Below are positions 46,248 through 56,584 of a stretch of DNA of 64,000 nucleotides, piece by piece. The translations under genes were made by a program, and so were the position numbers. This DNA is from a virus (Duplodnaviria > Caudoviricetes). The notes beneath the pieces are model-generated. The model searched no databases and was not told where the DNA came from. It saw only the letters and a program-made list of their open reading frames with translations. The stretch spans positions 95 through 64,094 of IMG/VR virus record IMGVR_UViG_3300043449_000929; one strand, given 5' to 3'. Positions within the stretch are counted from its first letter, which is position 1. The number at the start of each line of letters is the position of its first letter.

Positions 46248-48620
46248 CTATTTTAGAAACGTGTAAGACACAGCCTTGCGGCCAACGTGCTTGCTGTCTT
46301 CGCCTACCAGCTCCTCTATCCGCTCGGATTCTTTCAGCGCAGACAAAACCTCTTCAAGTCTCCGAGACGGGAGACGAACACTCCGAATAAGACTCGCGCG
46401 CGTGGCTCGTTTATTCCGCTTCAAAAACCCGAGAACCTTATTGACCTCGCCCTCCCAGGACGAATCCGAAATCTTATCCTCTGAACTGACGACCATGCTA
46501 TCGACGCAGGAAAAGACAAACTCTTCCGCCCAAGCGAGATCCGTTACGGTCACGGCTGGCTTGCGCCAATCAATCCCGATGGCACGAATGGTTGCAACCT
46601 TAATCGTATTCTCGGCGGCGCGGGCGTAGAGCGGACTTATGTCGTCCCGCATTTTGTCAGCACGATCTTCTATGTCTATCCAAGCCAGCTTCGCTTCGTC
46701 GTCTGCAAATGGGACAAACTCAGGCGGCGCTGTTACCGGCGTGACGCCATCACCATGAAACGGAGCGGAGGTAAGACCGTCTCGGTGATAAACACCCCGG
46801 CAAGCTTCAATCAGGTCAGCAGGAACATCACTCGCAAAGCTTTCTGGTTGCAGCTTTGCTGGTTTGTCGTCGCTTTTGATAATGATGAAGCGATTAAGAA
46901 GACCATTTGTTATCTCCGACGCAGACAGCCGTGAATATAGTTCGTCCTCTGTTGCTACGCCGAAAATAATTAGGTGCGGCCAATAAATTCGCGCAGCCTG
47001 CCGTGCGGCGGATTCTGAAGAAGTGAATATCCTGAACGACGCCGACCACAGTGAGCGATTGGTTGACGACAGCCCGGTTTCGTAAGAAGCCGCGTTCCGG
47101 CTTGACCCCTTACCCATGAAGTTAGCGATCTCATCCATGCAGCAAATGAGATTAGGCTGGCGGGATAAGGCGCTGGTTATTGATACGTCAGACTTAAATT
47201 CTGACGGGCCAAGATGGTTCTCTAGACCGCAAGCGCGAACGACTTCGGCAATGCAGTCAAGAGGGTGCTGCTTCCCGTATCCGGTTGGGCAGCAGCAAAT
47301 CATATAAAGAGCAGTTGATGATCCAGTTGGGCCGCGATACTGGCGTCCCGCGAGCAACCCTACCGTAGCGATGGCCGCAGCCATAGCAAACATTGGCTGT
47401 TGACGGCGCGCAGTATGGTTGCCATGCGCGGCAAGCATACCGAGCAGCCCAGGCGCCTGAGTTATATCCATGAGTGACTTATTCGGGCGAGGCGCGATCT
47501 CCGCTTTGACGGGCGGCAGTTCGATAGGCGCGGCAGGCGCAGGCTCGGCTTCGACCGAATCTTGCTCAAGGCGATTAAGCTGCGACAGATCGACCTTCAC
47601 GTAGCCTTGCAAAATATCGGACAGGTATCGGAAGGCTTCGCCAGAGGTGAGACGACGCGCGCGGGCGACGAGATCAATCGGGCTATATCCCTTATCACCG
47701 TCTCCGAAATCGACGATGGTATGGCGATGGACGTTGATCTTCAGATTGCGTTCACGGTCAGCGTCGGCCTTCCCGGTTCCAGACTGCGACCAGACACCAA
47801 CAGCCTCAAAACCAGACGAGGTTCTGCGCAGCTTGAACAGGTTCAGCGCCAGAATCCATTTCTCAGGCTGAGACCATGCTTCTTCGTTGAGCTGGCGGTA
47901 AGGGTGACTGTCATCGAAGTTCTGAAAACGCGGGTCGCCAGCTTTTGCTGCTTTGTCCAAAGCATAAGAGTGCGGCATCGCGTCAGGGTTATAGCCGTGT
48001 TCGCGCAGGACGTTGGACAGAATCTCGAACGTGTTCTCCGGCAGCTCAGGAAGATCGCTCGGCTCTATCTCATCGAGGGCGTAGTTCCCGGTCCAGACAT
48101 AAGGAACGCCAGTCTTAGGATGTATCGACGGCGGCAAAACAGTCTGCTTTCCTTCACCGAGAACATCGACCAGACGCACGATCCGACCGTCAGGCTTTGT
48201 CCCGTTGAAGAAAGATGAAACGACTGTCTTTGAGCGGAAAAAGAATGTCGCGCCTTTCTGGCCGCGCTTGACGACATCAGTGTAAGGCAGCGCGCGACGA
48301 ACATCATCAACGGCGTCGTCATCGTCAACGTCTATTGCGACGACATACTGAGACGCGCGACCAAGGACGAGACAGATACCGCCGTCTGGTTTCTCCGACC
48401 AAGAATTAACCTGCCATGTTGACGGCATGTTAGTGGCGTAGCGTGAAGTCCAGCTTGTCATGGGCCTCCATTCACCGGAGTGATAGTCGGCTGGTATCTT
48501 GTCTCCAGGCATACACGGAATAACGCAGAAGCCATGCTCGATTAGCTTCTTGCCATAAACACCATAGGGGGAAGTCAAGGCGCATCTCTCCCGCACGAAC
48601 AAATCCAAATCATCAGGCAA
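46248..48620 (-). CDS. Bifunctional primase/polymerase fused to DUF3987-type helicase
   Basis: VIP..PGDK.P, AIDVD, TVLPPSIHP; Walker A PTGYGKQ, DE, GLLNRF; start approximate. Confidence 0.85.
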   Translation of the reverse strand: MPDDLDLFVRERCALTSPYGVYGKKLIEHGFCVIPCMPGDKIPADYHSGEWRPMTSWTSRYATNMPSTWQVNSWSEKPDGGICLVLGRASQYVVAIDVDDDDAVDDVRRALPYTDVVKRGQKGATFFFRSKTVVSSFFNGTKPDGRIVRLVDVLGEGKQTVLPPSIHPKTGVPYVWTGNYALDEIEPSDLPELPENTFEILSNVLREHGYNPDAMPHSYALDKAAKAGDPRFQNFDDSHPYRQLNEEAWSQPEKWILALNLFKLRRTSSGFEAVGVWSQSGTGKADADRERNLKINVHRHTIVDFGDGDKGYSPIDLVARARRLTSGEAFRYLSDILQGYVKVDLSQLNRLEQDSVEAEPAPAAPIELPPVKAEIAPRPNKSLMDITQAPGLLGMLAAHGNHTARRQQPMFAMAAAIATVGLLAGRQYRGPTGSSTALYMICCCPTGYGKQHPLDCIAEVVRACGLENHLGPSEFKSDVSITSALSRQPNLICCMDEIANFMGKGSSRNAASYETGLSSTNRSLWSASFRIFTSSESAARQAARIYWPHLIIFGVATEDELYSRLSASEITNGLLNRFIIIKSDDKPAKLQPESFASDVPADLIEACRGVYHRDGLTSAPFHGDGVTPVTAPPEFVPFADDEAKLAWIDIEDRADKMRDDISPLYARAAENTIKVATIRAIGIDWRKPAVTVTDLAWAEEFVFSCVDSMVVSSEDKISDSSWEGEVNKVLGFLKRNKRATRASLIRSVRLPSRRLEEVLSALKESERIEELVGEDSKHVGRKAVSYTFLK

Positions 48621-48720
48621 GAATAAGCGTTGTGCGGTGGTCCCAAGTCAGTATCGAGGGCATAGCCCTGCATCATACGATGCTTGACATCAGGATAAGG
48701 CACATAGCGATAGGCTACGC

Positions 48721-49041
48721 TTAGTCCACCAGTTCCGGTTTCTTTGTTTTTGTTTTGATCGGCTGTTCGGTGAGCAGTTCGGTCAGGCTGTTCGGTAATT
48801 CCAGGCGTCGAAATCTGCATAGGAGATACCCAAGGTTCAAGACGCCAAGAGCCATATTGTAAGTCACGCCGGGAGGAACCTCGTGCAACGTCGCGACGAA
48901 ATCCCCATCGACCCCCATCTCGATAGACCGCAGCGTATAGACTTCGCCCAAGGTCAACCGGGATGGGCCGTAAGCACCGTCGCTGTCGTCTATGCAGACA
49001 ATCTCAGTGCCGGGAGGCGTGTCGGGGGAAATCATTTCCAC
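48721..49041 (-). CDS. Hypothetical protein
   Basis: VCIDD...L..GEVYT...RFR motif. Confidence 0.6.
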   Translation of the reverse strand: MEMISPDTPPGTEIVCIDDSDGAYGPSRLTLGEVYTLRSIEMGVDGDFVATLHEVPPGVTYNMALGVLNLGYLLCRFRRLELPNSLTELLTEQPIKTKTKKPELVD

Positions 49042-49564
49042 CTCTTTGGATCATCATCGCCGCAGAACAGCAGGTTGACGACGAAACCGCAGAACGCCCC
49101 GACCGTGACACAAATCACGGCTTGCATGATCTGGTCTTCAGTCATTTCGCCGCCTCCTCGCTCATGACAGAGACGTCGCGCCACTCTTCAGTGTATTCGA
49201 TGCGGCCAAGGCCGCCGCGTGTGATCTTCCACTGCTGCTGTAGAATGTAACGCCCATCGCGAATGACGAAGCGCAGATACATCGTCGGCTTCTCTTCAGT
49301 CCACTGCCCCATGCTCTCTCTCCTCAGTCGTCAAGCGACATAATCAATGCAGCCATCGACATGAACACCAAGGTCGCTGCAACGCCCAGATGCACTAGAT
49401 CCTTTTCGAGCAGCTTCTGCCCGAAGTTAAATAACGAGACGGCGACGAAGACATAGATCGACCAGCGGATCATTGACCTGCTCCCCTTGCGTAAAGCACC
49501 ACCGCTTTACCGGCGAACTTCAGAATGAGCGTAATGCCGTAGATCGCCGTGATGACGCGCAGGA

Positions 49565-49768
49565 TTAGAAACATTTGTCCGTATGGGTGCATGACTCGTC
49601 GCCTTCTTTGACTGGCCTCCCATACAGGACGCCCCGAATTATTTTGTAGTCGTAGTCATCCATCGTCGGGCCGGGACAACTACACTCACCGAAATCCTCA
49701 CCGCATACAGGACAGTTGCCGTCTTCATCGCACTCTGCCGAGAAGACGACGCGCTTCCACTCACTCAA
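49565..49768 (-). CDS. Small Cys-rich hypothetical protein
   Basis: CPVC...CSC; coupled start. Confidence 0.55.
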   Translation of the reverse strand: MSEWKRVVFSAECDEDGNCPVCGEDFGECSCPGPTMDDYDYKIIRGVLYGRPVKEGDESCTHTDKCF

Positions 49769-50190
49769 AACGGCGGCTCCTCGCCATTCAGAACCTTGTC
49801 AAGATACGCAGCGTATTGCTGCAAGAACTTCTCGAACGCAGCTTGAACGCCGCGATCCATACGCGCGATCTTCTCCAGACCGGCGAACGTAGGGCCGTCA
49901 ATCTCGTCCAGGCTCTTAATCCCACGCTCCCACATCAGGCTGAGAATGGATTCCATCAACGCCTTCACGGCGTCTTCCTTGGCGCGCGTGACGGCGGCGT
50001 TCTCGTATTGCGTCAGTTGAGGAAGCTTCATGTCGTAAACCTTCTTCCCAAGGCTGACATGCCTGGAGCATGTCCACAAAATTAAAGAGGCTTCGTTCTT
50101 GCCAATCCTGACGAGGTATCCGCTGGCTCCAGCCTGACGACCACACACGCCGCAGACGACAGGAGCGAGCGAGCGAGCGGCAAGGATCAC
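49765..50190 (-). CDS. Hypothetical protein
   Basis: CGVC...C; ends PPF; coupled. Confidence 0.6.
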   Translation of the reverse strand: MILAARSLAPVVCGVCGRQAGASGYLVRIGKNEASLILWTCSRHVSLGKKVYDMKLPQLTQYENAAVTRAKEDAVKALMESILSLMWERGIKSLDEIDGPTFAGLEKIARMDRGVQAAFEKFLQQYAAYLDKVLNGEEPPF

Positions 50191-50411
50191 TTCGACTGGA
50201 TCGCCTTGACGTTGGCTCGCGTAGCAAGCACCGCCTCGCCAAACATCTTGATCGCCTCGTTCGTCTCGGCGTCAGGAAGCGAGTCGCACAGGGCGGCGAA
50301 TGTCGTTGAACATGCCGCCATACCAACGCGCAGAGGCTTGCCATCGACAGCCACGCGCATCTTGTTGATCGCCTTCTGAACATCCTTCTGGAATTGCTTG
50401 TCCGCGTCCAT
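50187..50411 (-). CDS. Hypothetical protein
   Basis: AGGAGAGAGAG RBS. Confidence 0.65.
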   Translation of the reverse strand: MDADKQFQKDVQKAINKMRVAVDGKPLRVGMAACSTTFAALCDSLPDAETNEAIKMFGEAVLATRANVKAIQSK

Positions 50412-50421
50412 TCTCTCTCTC

Positions 50422-50664
50422 CTAGTTGTAGGTGCGTTCGTCTTTTAAGGCTTTGTAGCCTTCGCAGACTTGGCTTACGAAGCTGACCATTACGTCTTCA
50501 GCGTCCTTGTCATCGAGCAGGTTCGCCGCAAGCAGATAGGCGAAGCTCGTAATCATGTAGCTGCGCATCTTCCCCTTCACGACATCGTTTATGTCGTCGA
50601 TCATGTCGTCGATTGCAGCCAGATCAGCTTCGTCGGCTTCTGTGGATTCTGTTTCTTCAGTCAC
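50422..50664 (-). CDS. Acidic hypothetical protein
   Basis: Coupled to helicase stop. Confidence 0.6.
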   Translation of the reverse strand: MTEETESTEADEADLAAIDDMIDDINDVVKGKMRSYMITSFAYLLAANLLDDKDAEDVMVSFVSQVCEGYKALKDERTYN

Positions 50665-52283
50665 GACGCCATCTCCATCTCATCCTGCCTGCGCTTCCAG
50701 TTTTTCACTTCCCAATACTCACCCTTCTTGCGGACTTGGATTGCGTCGATGGGCTTGGTGGAGTTGTAGATCGCGATTGCATCAATCAGGTAGAACTCTG
50801 CCGCCAACGGAGCGACATGCTGACGCCACCACGACTGCGCCTTCGCTCCGACAATCCCACTGTGAACCACGCAAACCCATTGCTTGTAGACGCGACGCCC
50901 AACGCGATACTCGATCCGTATAGAAGGCTGCGATCCGGCTTTATGATGCAAATAAGCTTGCTGTTCGGTGACGGTCAGCCACACCTCTTCGCGCTGCTTC
51001 TTGAACAGCACGGCGTCTTCGTCCGGTCGAATATCGTGCTTCGCCTCGTCGGGCCTTTCCCACAGATGGCCGCAGTCTGGACACTCGTAGACACGTAGAG
51101 ACACCAGTGTTGCGCAGTTCGGACATTCCTTGGCGCGAACCGTTTCCTCTTTCACCTTCCCGGCGTCCACCTTGCCTGGGCGAACAGAGACATCATCGAC
51201 GGGGCCGTGACGCCGGATGTTCCCGGCGAAATCGAGAACGAGACAGTCATCCTTGTCTGGCGCGAGACGAGTGCCGCGACCCAACATCTGAACGTAGAGG
51301 CTTGTGCTGAGCGTTGGGCGTAGCATCGCTATCAAATCGACGCGCGGCACATTGAATCCGGTCGTCAGGACGTTGACGTTGACGAGTGCTGTGATTGAAC
51401 CGAAAGCGAAACGAGCGACAATCTTGTCGCGTTCTCCGTTCGGAGTTTCGCCTGTCACCATTTCGCATGACACACCGCGCTGGCGCAGGGCGTCTCGCAC
51501 GGAGATGGCGTGCTTTATGCCGCAGCAGAAAACGAGCCATGACTGGCTGTCGCCTGCCCTTTCCACGATCTCGGAACAGGCGGCTTGCGTCACCTCTTCC
51601 TGGTTAACAGCGTCTTCCAACGCGCCAGCTATGAACTCACCACCCCGCTTTGCCACGCCGGAAACATCCAGCTTGCGCGTCGTGCTTTTGGCGACGAGCG
51701 GGGAAAGGTATCCATCCTCGACGCCTTGGGAGATCGAGTAGGTGTAGACAACCTGATCGAATATCTTGCCGTCGCCTTCGTCCAACCTCCCGCTGTCTAA
51801 ACGGTATGGCGTGGCGGTCATGCCGAGAACACGCATGTCAGGATTAACGCGCCGCAGCCCCTCGATCAGCGTGTGATAGCGTCCAATACCCGACTTCGGG
51901 AGCAGATGTGCTTCGTCGATAATGAGTAAGTCGCGCGATCCAAGTTGGTTCGATAGATGCGATACCGACTGGACACCAGCAAACAACACTTGTTGGTGCC
52001 GGTCGCGCTGATTGAGGCCAGCAGAGTTGATCCCACACGATATGTGAGGCGCGTGACGGCGTAACTCTTCTGCGTTTCCACGGACTAGCTCCTTTACGTG
52101 GACAAGGGACAGGACGCGGATAGCCGGATATTCTGCGACCAGGCGCCGGATAACCTCTGCGATGACCAGCGACTTGCCTGTGCCGGTAGCGAGATCCACC
52201 AAAGGGTTCCCGCCCCCCGACTTCCAGTAGTCGAAGACGGCGTCCACGGCCTCAACTTGGTATGGTCGGAGGGCGAGAGGCAT
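50661..52283 (-). CDS. SF2 DEAH helicase (RadD/YejH-like) with Zn finger
   Basis: LRPYQ, TGTGKS, DEAH, TATP, TTGFN, QMLGRG.R, CPNC/CPDC. Confidence 0.93.
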   Translation of the reverse strand: MPLALRPYQVEAVDAVFDYWKSGGGNPLVDLATGTGKSLVIAEVIRRLVAEYPAIRVLSLVHVKELVRGNAEELRRHAPHISCGINSAGLNQRDRHQQVLFAGVQSVSHLSNQLGSRDLLIIDEAHLLPKSGIGRYHTLIEGLRRVNPDMRVLGMTATPYRLDSGRLDEGDGKIFDQVVYTYSISQGVEDGYLSPLVAKSTTRKLDVSGVAKRGGEFIAGALEDAVNQEEVTQAACSEIVERAGDSQSWLVFCCGIKHAISVRDALRQRGVSCEMVTGETPNGERDKIVARFAFGSITALVNVNVLTTGFNVPRVDLIAMLRPTLSTSLYVQMLGRGTRLAPDKDDCLVLDFAGNIRRHGPVDDVSVRPGKVDAGKVKEETVRAKECPNCATLVSLRVYECPDCGHLWERPDEAKHDIRPDEDAVLFKKQREEVWLTVTEQQAYLHHKAGSQPSIRIEYRVGRRVYKQWVCVVHSGIVGAKAQSWWRQHVAPLAAEFYLIDAIAIYNSTKPIDAIQVRKKGEYWEVKNWKRRQDEMEMAS

Positions 52284-52543
52284 TAGGCGATTGCTCCAGC
52301 GCGGCGCAGTTCCGTGACACGATCTTCGTCAACCGTGTAAGGAAGTTCGTAAGCGTAGACACTCTTAGGAACCTGATTAACTTTCTCAGCCTTCAACTCA
52401 CCAACGCGCTTGGCGAGGTATTCAGTCGTCTCCTTCTGATTCCCGGCGAAGACGAGGTTCATGTCAGTGGTGCCGCCGTTGTCGCTATAGACGACAAGAC
52501 CACCATCGTTTGCTGCTTCGACTGTGAATGTGATGCGATTCAT
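52283..52543 (-). CDS. Hypothetical protein
   Basis: GAGAGAG upstream; coupled to helicase. Confidence 0.6.
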   Translation of the reverse strand: MNRITFTVEAANDGGLVVYSDNGGTTDMNLVFAGNQKETTEYLAKRVGELKAEKVNQVPKSVYAYELPYTVDEDRVTELRRAGAIA

Positions 52544-52673
52544 TACTTCTCTCTCTTTCCCACTGTTGGAATCATCGCAACGACGACGGCCAGTGGCACC
52601 ATCGTGAAGATGTAAAGGATGATGAACACCCAGAAGAACAGGAGCTGCATTGCTACATAGAAGAAGTGCTTCA

Positions 52674-52949
52674 TCATTCCGCCTCGATCAGTTCTGCGGC
52701 GAATGCGAGATAGGCAATCGCGTCGATGTATGAGTCACGCTTGCGCGGAGACTGTCTGATGCGAGCCAGCTTCAAGCAGACCATGATTAGCGCGACCTCG
52801 TAGCCGCTAATGTTCATCCCAGTAGCGATGCAGGCGAGCCGCGAGATACGATCAAAGTTCTGCTCAAAGCTTCCTATCGCGTCGTAGTCTTCCCCACGCT
52901 CGGAGATGATCGCCTTGGCTTCATCAAGGACTGACTTCGGATTCATCAT
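52674..52949 (-). CDS. DUF6378-like protein
   Basis: RGEDY...NF.RI...VAL.M..LKLAR...DSYID...Y. Confidence 0.8.
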   Translation of the reverse strand: MMNPKSVLDEAKAIISERGEDYDAIGSFEQNFDRISRLACIATGMNISGYEVALIMVCLKLARIRQSPRKRDSYIDAIAYLAFAAELIEAE

Positions 52950-53902
52950 TCGACCTCCGGCGCAGCAGTCTTCAGATCCCGCCCGTCAACGAACGTGGAG
53001 CCGTCTGCGAATTGATATGAAACAGTCCTCGCGACCTCGTCGGCGGTAACAACCTGACCGCCAGGAATAAGATCGGGGATGGAGATATGCCGCGAGCATC
53101 CCTTGCGCTGGGCGTCAAGCGATAGGTCATGCTGATGCAGATCGCAGAACCAAGTGCCGTCGCTCTTGAAGCGGAAATCAATGCAGGTTCGGCAGTTCGC
53201 GCGCGGCCAAGCGCCATCGAGACAGACCGGCTTGTGACGGCACCAGCGGCACTGAAAAGACTCGACACGTTCAGGCGGTGTTTCGGCAGTCAGGATCAGT
53301 GCGGCTTTGTTGAGGAGATAGTCCGACTTTTCACGATCATGCTCGACAACTTCAGTCTCAACGCGGTCGTCGTCCTTGCAGTGTGCCATATATAGCCCAC
53401 GCTTCAGACCCATGCCCCGCATGTAAATCTGCATCTGATCGTAGTGGACCGGCTTCGACCACTGGACGCCATGCTTACGCCAATCGTCGAACGACTTCTT
53501 GTTGTGTGTCTTGAACTCAAGGAGAATGTCTTCGTCCCGGTCGAACCCTGGCACGTTGGACGCCTTGCCGTCAGACGATCCTTTGAAGTGGCCGTTGAGG
53601 AACGATACTGTCCACTGCTTGTCGGTATCAGGATCACGTTCGAGAACATCGCATCCAATGGCGCGGAGATCCGTCACCATGCGCGCCTCTTCCCGGTGGC
53701 CGGTCTGAAACAGCCGCTCAAGACGCCCATCGTGATACTTCAGCGTCGAGACCCAATGCAGGTCATACCAAAGTTCGCGGGTGCATTCCTTGCCGATAGA
53801 GGAACAGCGAATGACAGGATGATCTTTCCGCTCCTGCACGCTCTGATAATGCTGCTGTATCGCCAGCGCGACGGGAGATACTGTTTTGAATAGCTCAGCC
53901 AT
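52946..53902 (-). CDS. Cas4/AddB-like PD-(D/E)XK exonuclease
   Basis: C.RELWY, G...E, DG, EFKT, QMQIYM, CRWC.....C. Confidence 0.88.
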   Translation of the reverse strand: MAELFKTVSPVALAIQQHYQSVQERKDHPVIRCSSIGKECTRELWYDLHWVSTLKYHDGRLERLFQTGHREEARMVTDLRAIGCDVLERDPDTDKQWTVSFLNGHFKGSSDGKASNVPGFDRDEDILLEFKTHNKKSFDDWRKHGVQWSKPVHYDQMQIYMRGMGLKRGLYMAHCKDDDRVETEVVEHDREKSDYLLNKAALILTAETPPERVESFQCRWCRHKPVCLDGAWPRANCRTCIDFRFKSDGTWFCDLHQHDLSLDAQRKGCSRHISIPDLIPGGQVVTADEVARTVSYQFADGSTFVDGRDLKTAAPEVE

Positions 53903-53962
53903 CAGACATAACTTTCCCGTTCACGCCGAAGCGTGTTAATCCCACCAGTTCTGTTTGCTAGT

Positions 53963-54187
53963 TCAGTTCACCTTATGGACAGGCATTCCGTTTATGCTGT
54001 CCGACACAATCTCTTCGTGGACATAACTGTATGTCTTGCCGTCAGCCGTTGTATGGATCACGGCCTTCTGCTCGATCCGCGCCTGCATGAGATAACCTTT
54101 CTTCATCCAGTAGTCGTTGATGGCGCGGACGCATTCGCGGCTATTGGAGGAGAACCGTCCGGTTCTTGCAGGCGCGGAGTCAAACAT
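53963..54187 (-). CDS. Hypothetical protein
   Basis: I..YW...GY...VSD.INGMP motif. Confidence 0.6.
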   Translation of the reverse strand: MFDSAPARTGRFSSNSRECVRAINDYWMKKGYLMQARIEQKAVIHTTADGKTYSYVHEEIVSDSINGMPVHKVN

Positions 54188-54188
54188 C

Positions 54189-54398
54189 TTAGGAAGCCTT
54201 CTTCTGCTTGGCGCGACGGTTCAGGCGAGCCTGCGACTTGAGAATCTGACCAACGCGCTGGGCGGTGATCTTGTATTTGTCGGCCAGTTCAGCCTGCTTC
54301 CAACCCTTCAGGCTGTAAGCGTAAATCTGCTCGTTACGCTTATTGCAGTAGGCAATCTGACCGGCGCGCGTGGCGCGGATAGTGTGAACGTAAGCCAT
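54189..54398 (-). CDS. Small HTH protein
   Basis: RN.QI...G.KQAELADKY.IT.QRVGQIL. Confidence 0.65.
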   Translation of the reverse strand: MAYVHTIRATRAGQIAYCNKRNEQIYAYSLKGWKQAELADKYKITAQRVGQILKSQARLNRRAKQKKAS

Positions 54399-54414
54399 CT
54401 CTCTCTTCTCCCTC

Positions 54415-54894
54415 TCAGCGCTTCCAGGGGGCGGCATTGGCGGGCTTCGCAGCGGCTACACTCGGAGCAGCAGCGACGGGAGCCGGGGCGTTAGCCGCAG
54501 ACTTGAACGCACGGACATTGTTGCGGGCCGGATAACCATTCTTCTCCCGCTCGATCTTCAACGTCGCGCGAACCGGGATGCTGTGCAGGTCAGCAGTATC
54601 CTCAAGGGCGTGCGGCAACCCGACAGCAGAGCAAAGCTGAGCAAGCAGCTTCTCACCAATCGCTTGCGTATCAGCCTTCGGGCTGACCGTGTTGATGTTG
54701 GTGTAAACGCGACGGTTCTCATACTGACCATCGACGACGCGAAGCTGGAGAGAAATATACTCACCGTCGCCAGCGCGGGTCTGTTTTATAGCGGAATCGA
54801 CTACCTCAACGATGTAATCGCCAGCCGGAAGCAGTTCAAAGTTGTCGGTGGTATCGACAGCAGAGAAGTCAAAAGCTTTACCGAGTTGTGCCAT
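54415..54894 (-). CDS. DUF669-family ssDNA-binding protein
   Basis: LPAGDY, NRRV, N.V..F, C-terminal APWKR; next to Sak4. Confidence 0.85.
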   Translation of the reverse strand: MAQLGKAFDFSAVDTTDNFELLPAGDYIVEVVDSAIKQTRAGDGEYISLQLRVVDGQYENRRVYTNINTVSPKADTQAIGEKLLAQLCSAVGLPHALEDTADLHSIPVRATLKIEREKNGYPARNNVRAFKSAANAPAPVAAAPSVAAAKPANAAPWKR

Positions 54895-54907
54895 TTGTTA
54901 GCTCCTT

Positions 54908-55672
54908 TTACTTGCCAGTTTTCGGGAAATAAGACGTGACTTCAGCGTATCCAACCGCTTCTTTCGGCAGGCGAATTTTTGCAGGCATTGAATACCTGTT
55001 CTTCGCAACGTAAGAGGGCCGAGACTCGGTGTGAATGAAGATTGTTCCACCACCTTCCGCAATGACCCTCTCCTTGTTGAAGCCCAGATCCTGGGACTTG
55101 ATCGTCACCTGCTTCTTCAGCAGGAAGATCGCATCCATCTCACGCTCGATTGCAGGCGACAGTTTCGCGTGCATGTCGATGCAATAGTGCGAGTAGCTTG
55201 CGACTTCTGGATCGTCGAAACGATCAACCTTCGCGTGAGCGATCAGGACGCTCGCCATGTTGCGTTCGTCGCGCAGGACATTGATCGCCTCAAGAAGTTC
55301 AGCGACTGGCTTCTGCGCCTCGACGTATCCCTTGCCGTAAGCGAACTCCTCAATCGACTTCTTCCCGTGAGCCGCGCAGACATGAGCGAAGATCATCGGC
55401 TGAAGCGCAGAGATGCTGTCGAGAACCAGCGTCTGGTAATCGTGTTCGCCTTCGTATAAAGCGTAGATCGCCTCCATCGTCTCGCTGAACGACTTCACAC
55501 GGAAGGCGTCGAACTCAACGCCAGCAGGCGTTCCATCCTCAGTCTGAATGAAGATCGGATTAGGGAACGACGAAGCGAACGTCGTCTTACCGTCTCCCGG
55601 CGAACCGTAGACAAGGACACGCGGCGGCTTTGATGCGTGTGCTTTTCTTATAGACTTAAGGTCAAGCGCCAT
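54908..55672 (-). CDS. Sak4-like AAA ATPase (ssDNA annealing)
   Basis: YGSPGDGKTT, TEDG, LVLDS, YGKGY, LIAH, AKNR. Confidence 0.88.
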   Translation of the reverse strand: MALDLKSIRKAHASKPPRVLVYGSPGDGKTTFASSFPNPIFIQTEDGTPAGVEFDAFRVKSFSETMEAIYALYEGEHDYQTLVLDSISALQPMIFAHVCAAHGKKSIEEFAYGKGYVEAQKPVAELLEAINVLRDERNMASVLIAHAKVDRFDDPEVASYSHYCIDMHAKLSPAIEREMDAIFLLKKQVTIKSQDLGFNKERVIAEGGGTIFIHTESRPSYVAKNRYSMPAKIRLPKEAVGYAEVTSYFPKTGK

Positions 55673-55840
55673 AGGTGGATACCTCTCTCTTCGTAAGCTG
55701 CGATAAGCTGGCGTTCGGTGTAAGCGACGTAATTCGGGTAGGCACGGATCAGATCCAGAAGATGGAGAAGATGAGCGAGATTTAGATCGCCATCTGGATT
55801 GTCAGCGTTAGCTGCTCCTTGATAAGGTTTTGTCTTGGAT

Positions 55841-56329
55841 TCATTCGGCGCGCGGCACAGCATGGTTCTGACTCCACACGACCTCGCTGCCGTATGCCGC
55901 GAGTAAACACGCCTCTGCGCGTCCGTGATGTTTCTTCAGCGAGAACGAGTCGGCGCATAGCGGCCAACGCTCAATCGCTGCACGGCGCGACTCTTCCTTG
56001 TCCTTGCCAAGGCTGAAGTAACGCTTCCATTTCGTAGGGGTGACAAAGTGGACAGGGACTTTGTGTGCAGCCAAAACTCCAATCGCAACGCCGAACGCGC
56101 GACCAAAGTTGAACATGCTCGTCACACCCTGCCCAGGCATTGCGCCAACCATCTCGATAACTGCGCAATCTGGATTGAACTGCTCGATTAATTGAGAGAT
56201 GCCAGACGCATTCACTCGGCCATCGACAAGCGGCATGTCATATACGGCGACACGCTCAGCGTGTTCTGGATAGAAGAACGCGATGGCTCCGCTCAGACCT
56301 GGATCAATTCCACAGATGCACTTTGCCAT
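55841..56329 (-). CDS. RuvC-like Holliday junction resolvase
   Basis: GIDPGLSGA, IE.V, SMFNFG, P..WK, GRAEA.L. Confidence 0.9.
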   Translation of the reverse strand: MAKCICGIDPGLSGAIAFFYPEHAERVAVYDMPLVDGRVNASGISQLIEQFNPDCAVIEMVGAMPGQGVTSMFNFGRAFGVAIGVLAAHKVPVHFVTPTKWKRYFSLGKDKEESRRAAIERWPLCADSFSLKKHHGRAEACLLAAYGSEVVWSQNHAVPRAE

Positions 56330-56584
56330 CGTCTCTCTTCCTAATGGTGGGGCGTTACTGCCCGCCGCCCCTCGCGGCTTCCCACGGCGACCCACAACTG
56401 CCGAATGCGGTCACGGCAGGAGGCCAGCAGGTTCACGAAACTGAATGGCGGCGGCGTCATGCTTCACCAAAGTGCAGCCCCCAACTGACGCCGCCGCCGC
56501 GTAACCCCGACGAACTCGTTACCTCTCGTCGAGTTTTCCGAGGCGTCAGACACCGAGCCGCCGCCCCGAAACTTGCTCTCCCAA

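Noticed and set aside
52946-53902. Cas4 as evidence of a CRISPR-Cas system
   Set aside because: Sits with Sak4, SSB and helicase as a standard phage recombination exonuclease; no cas1/cas2 or array
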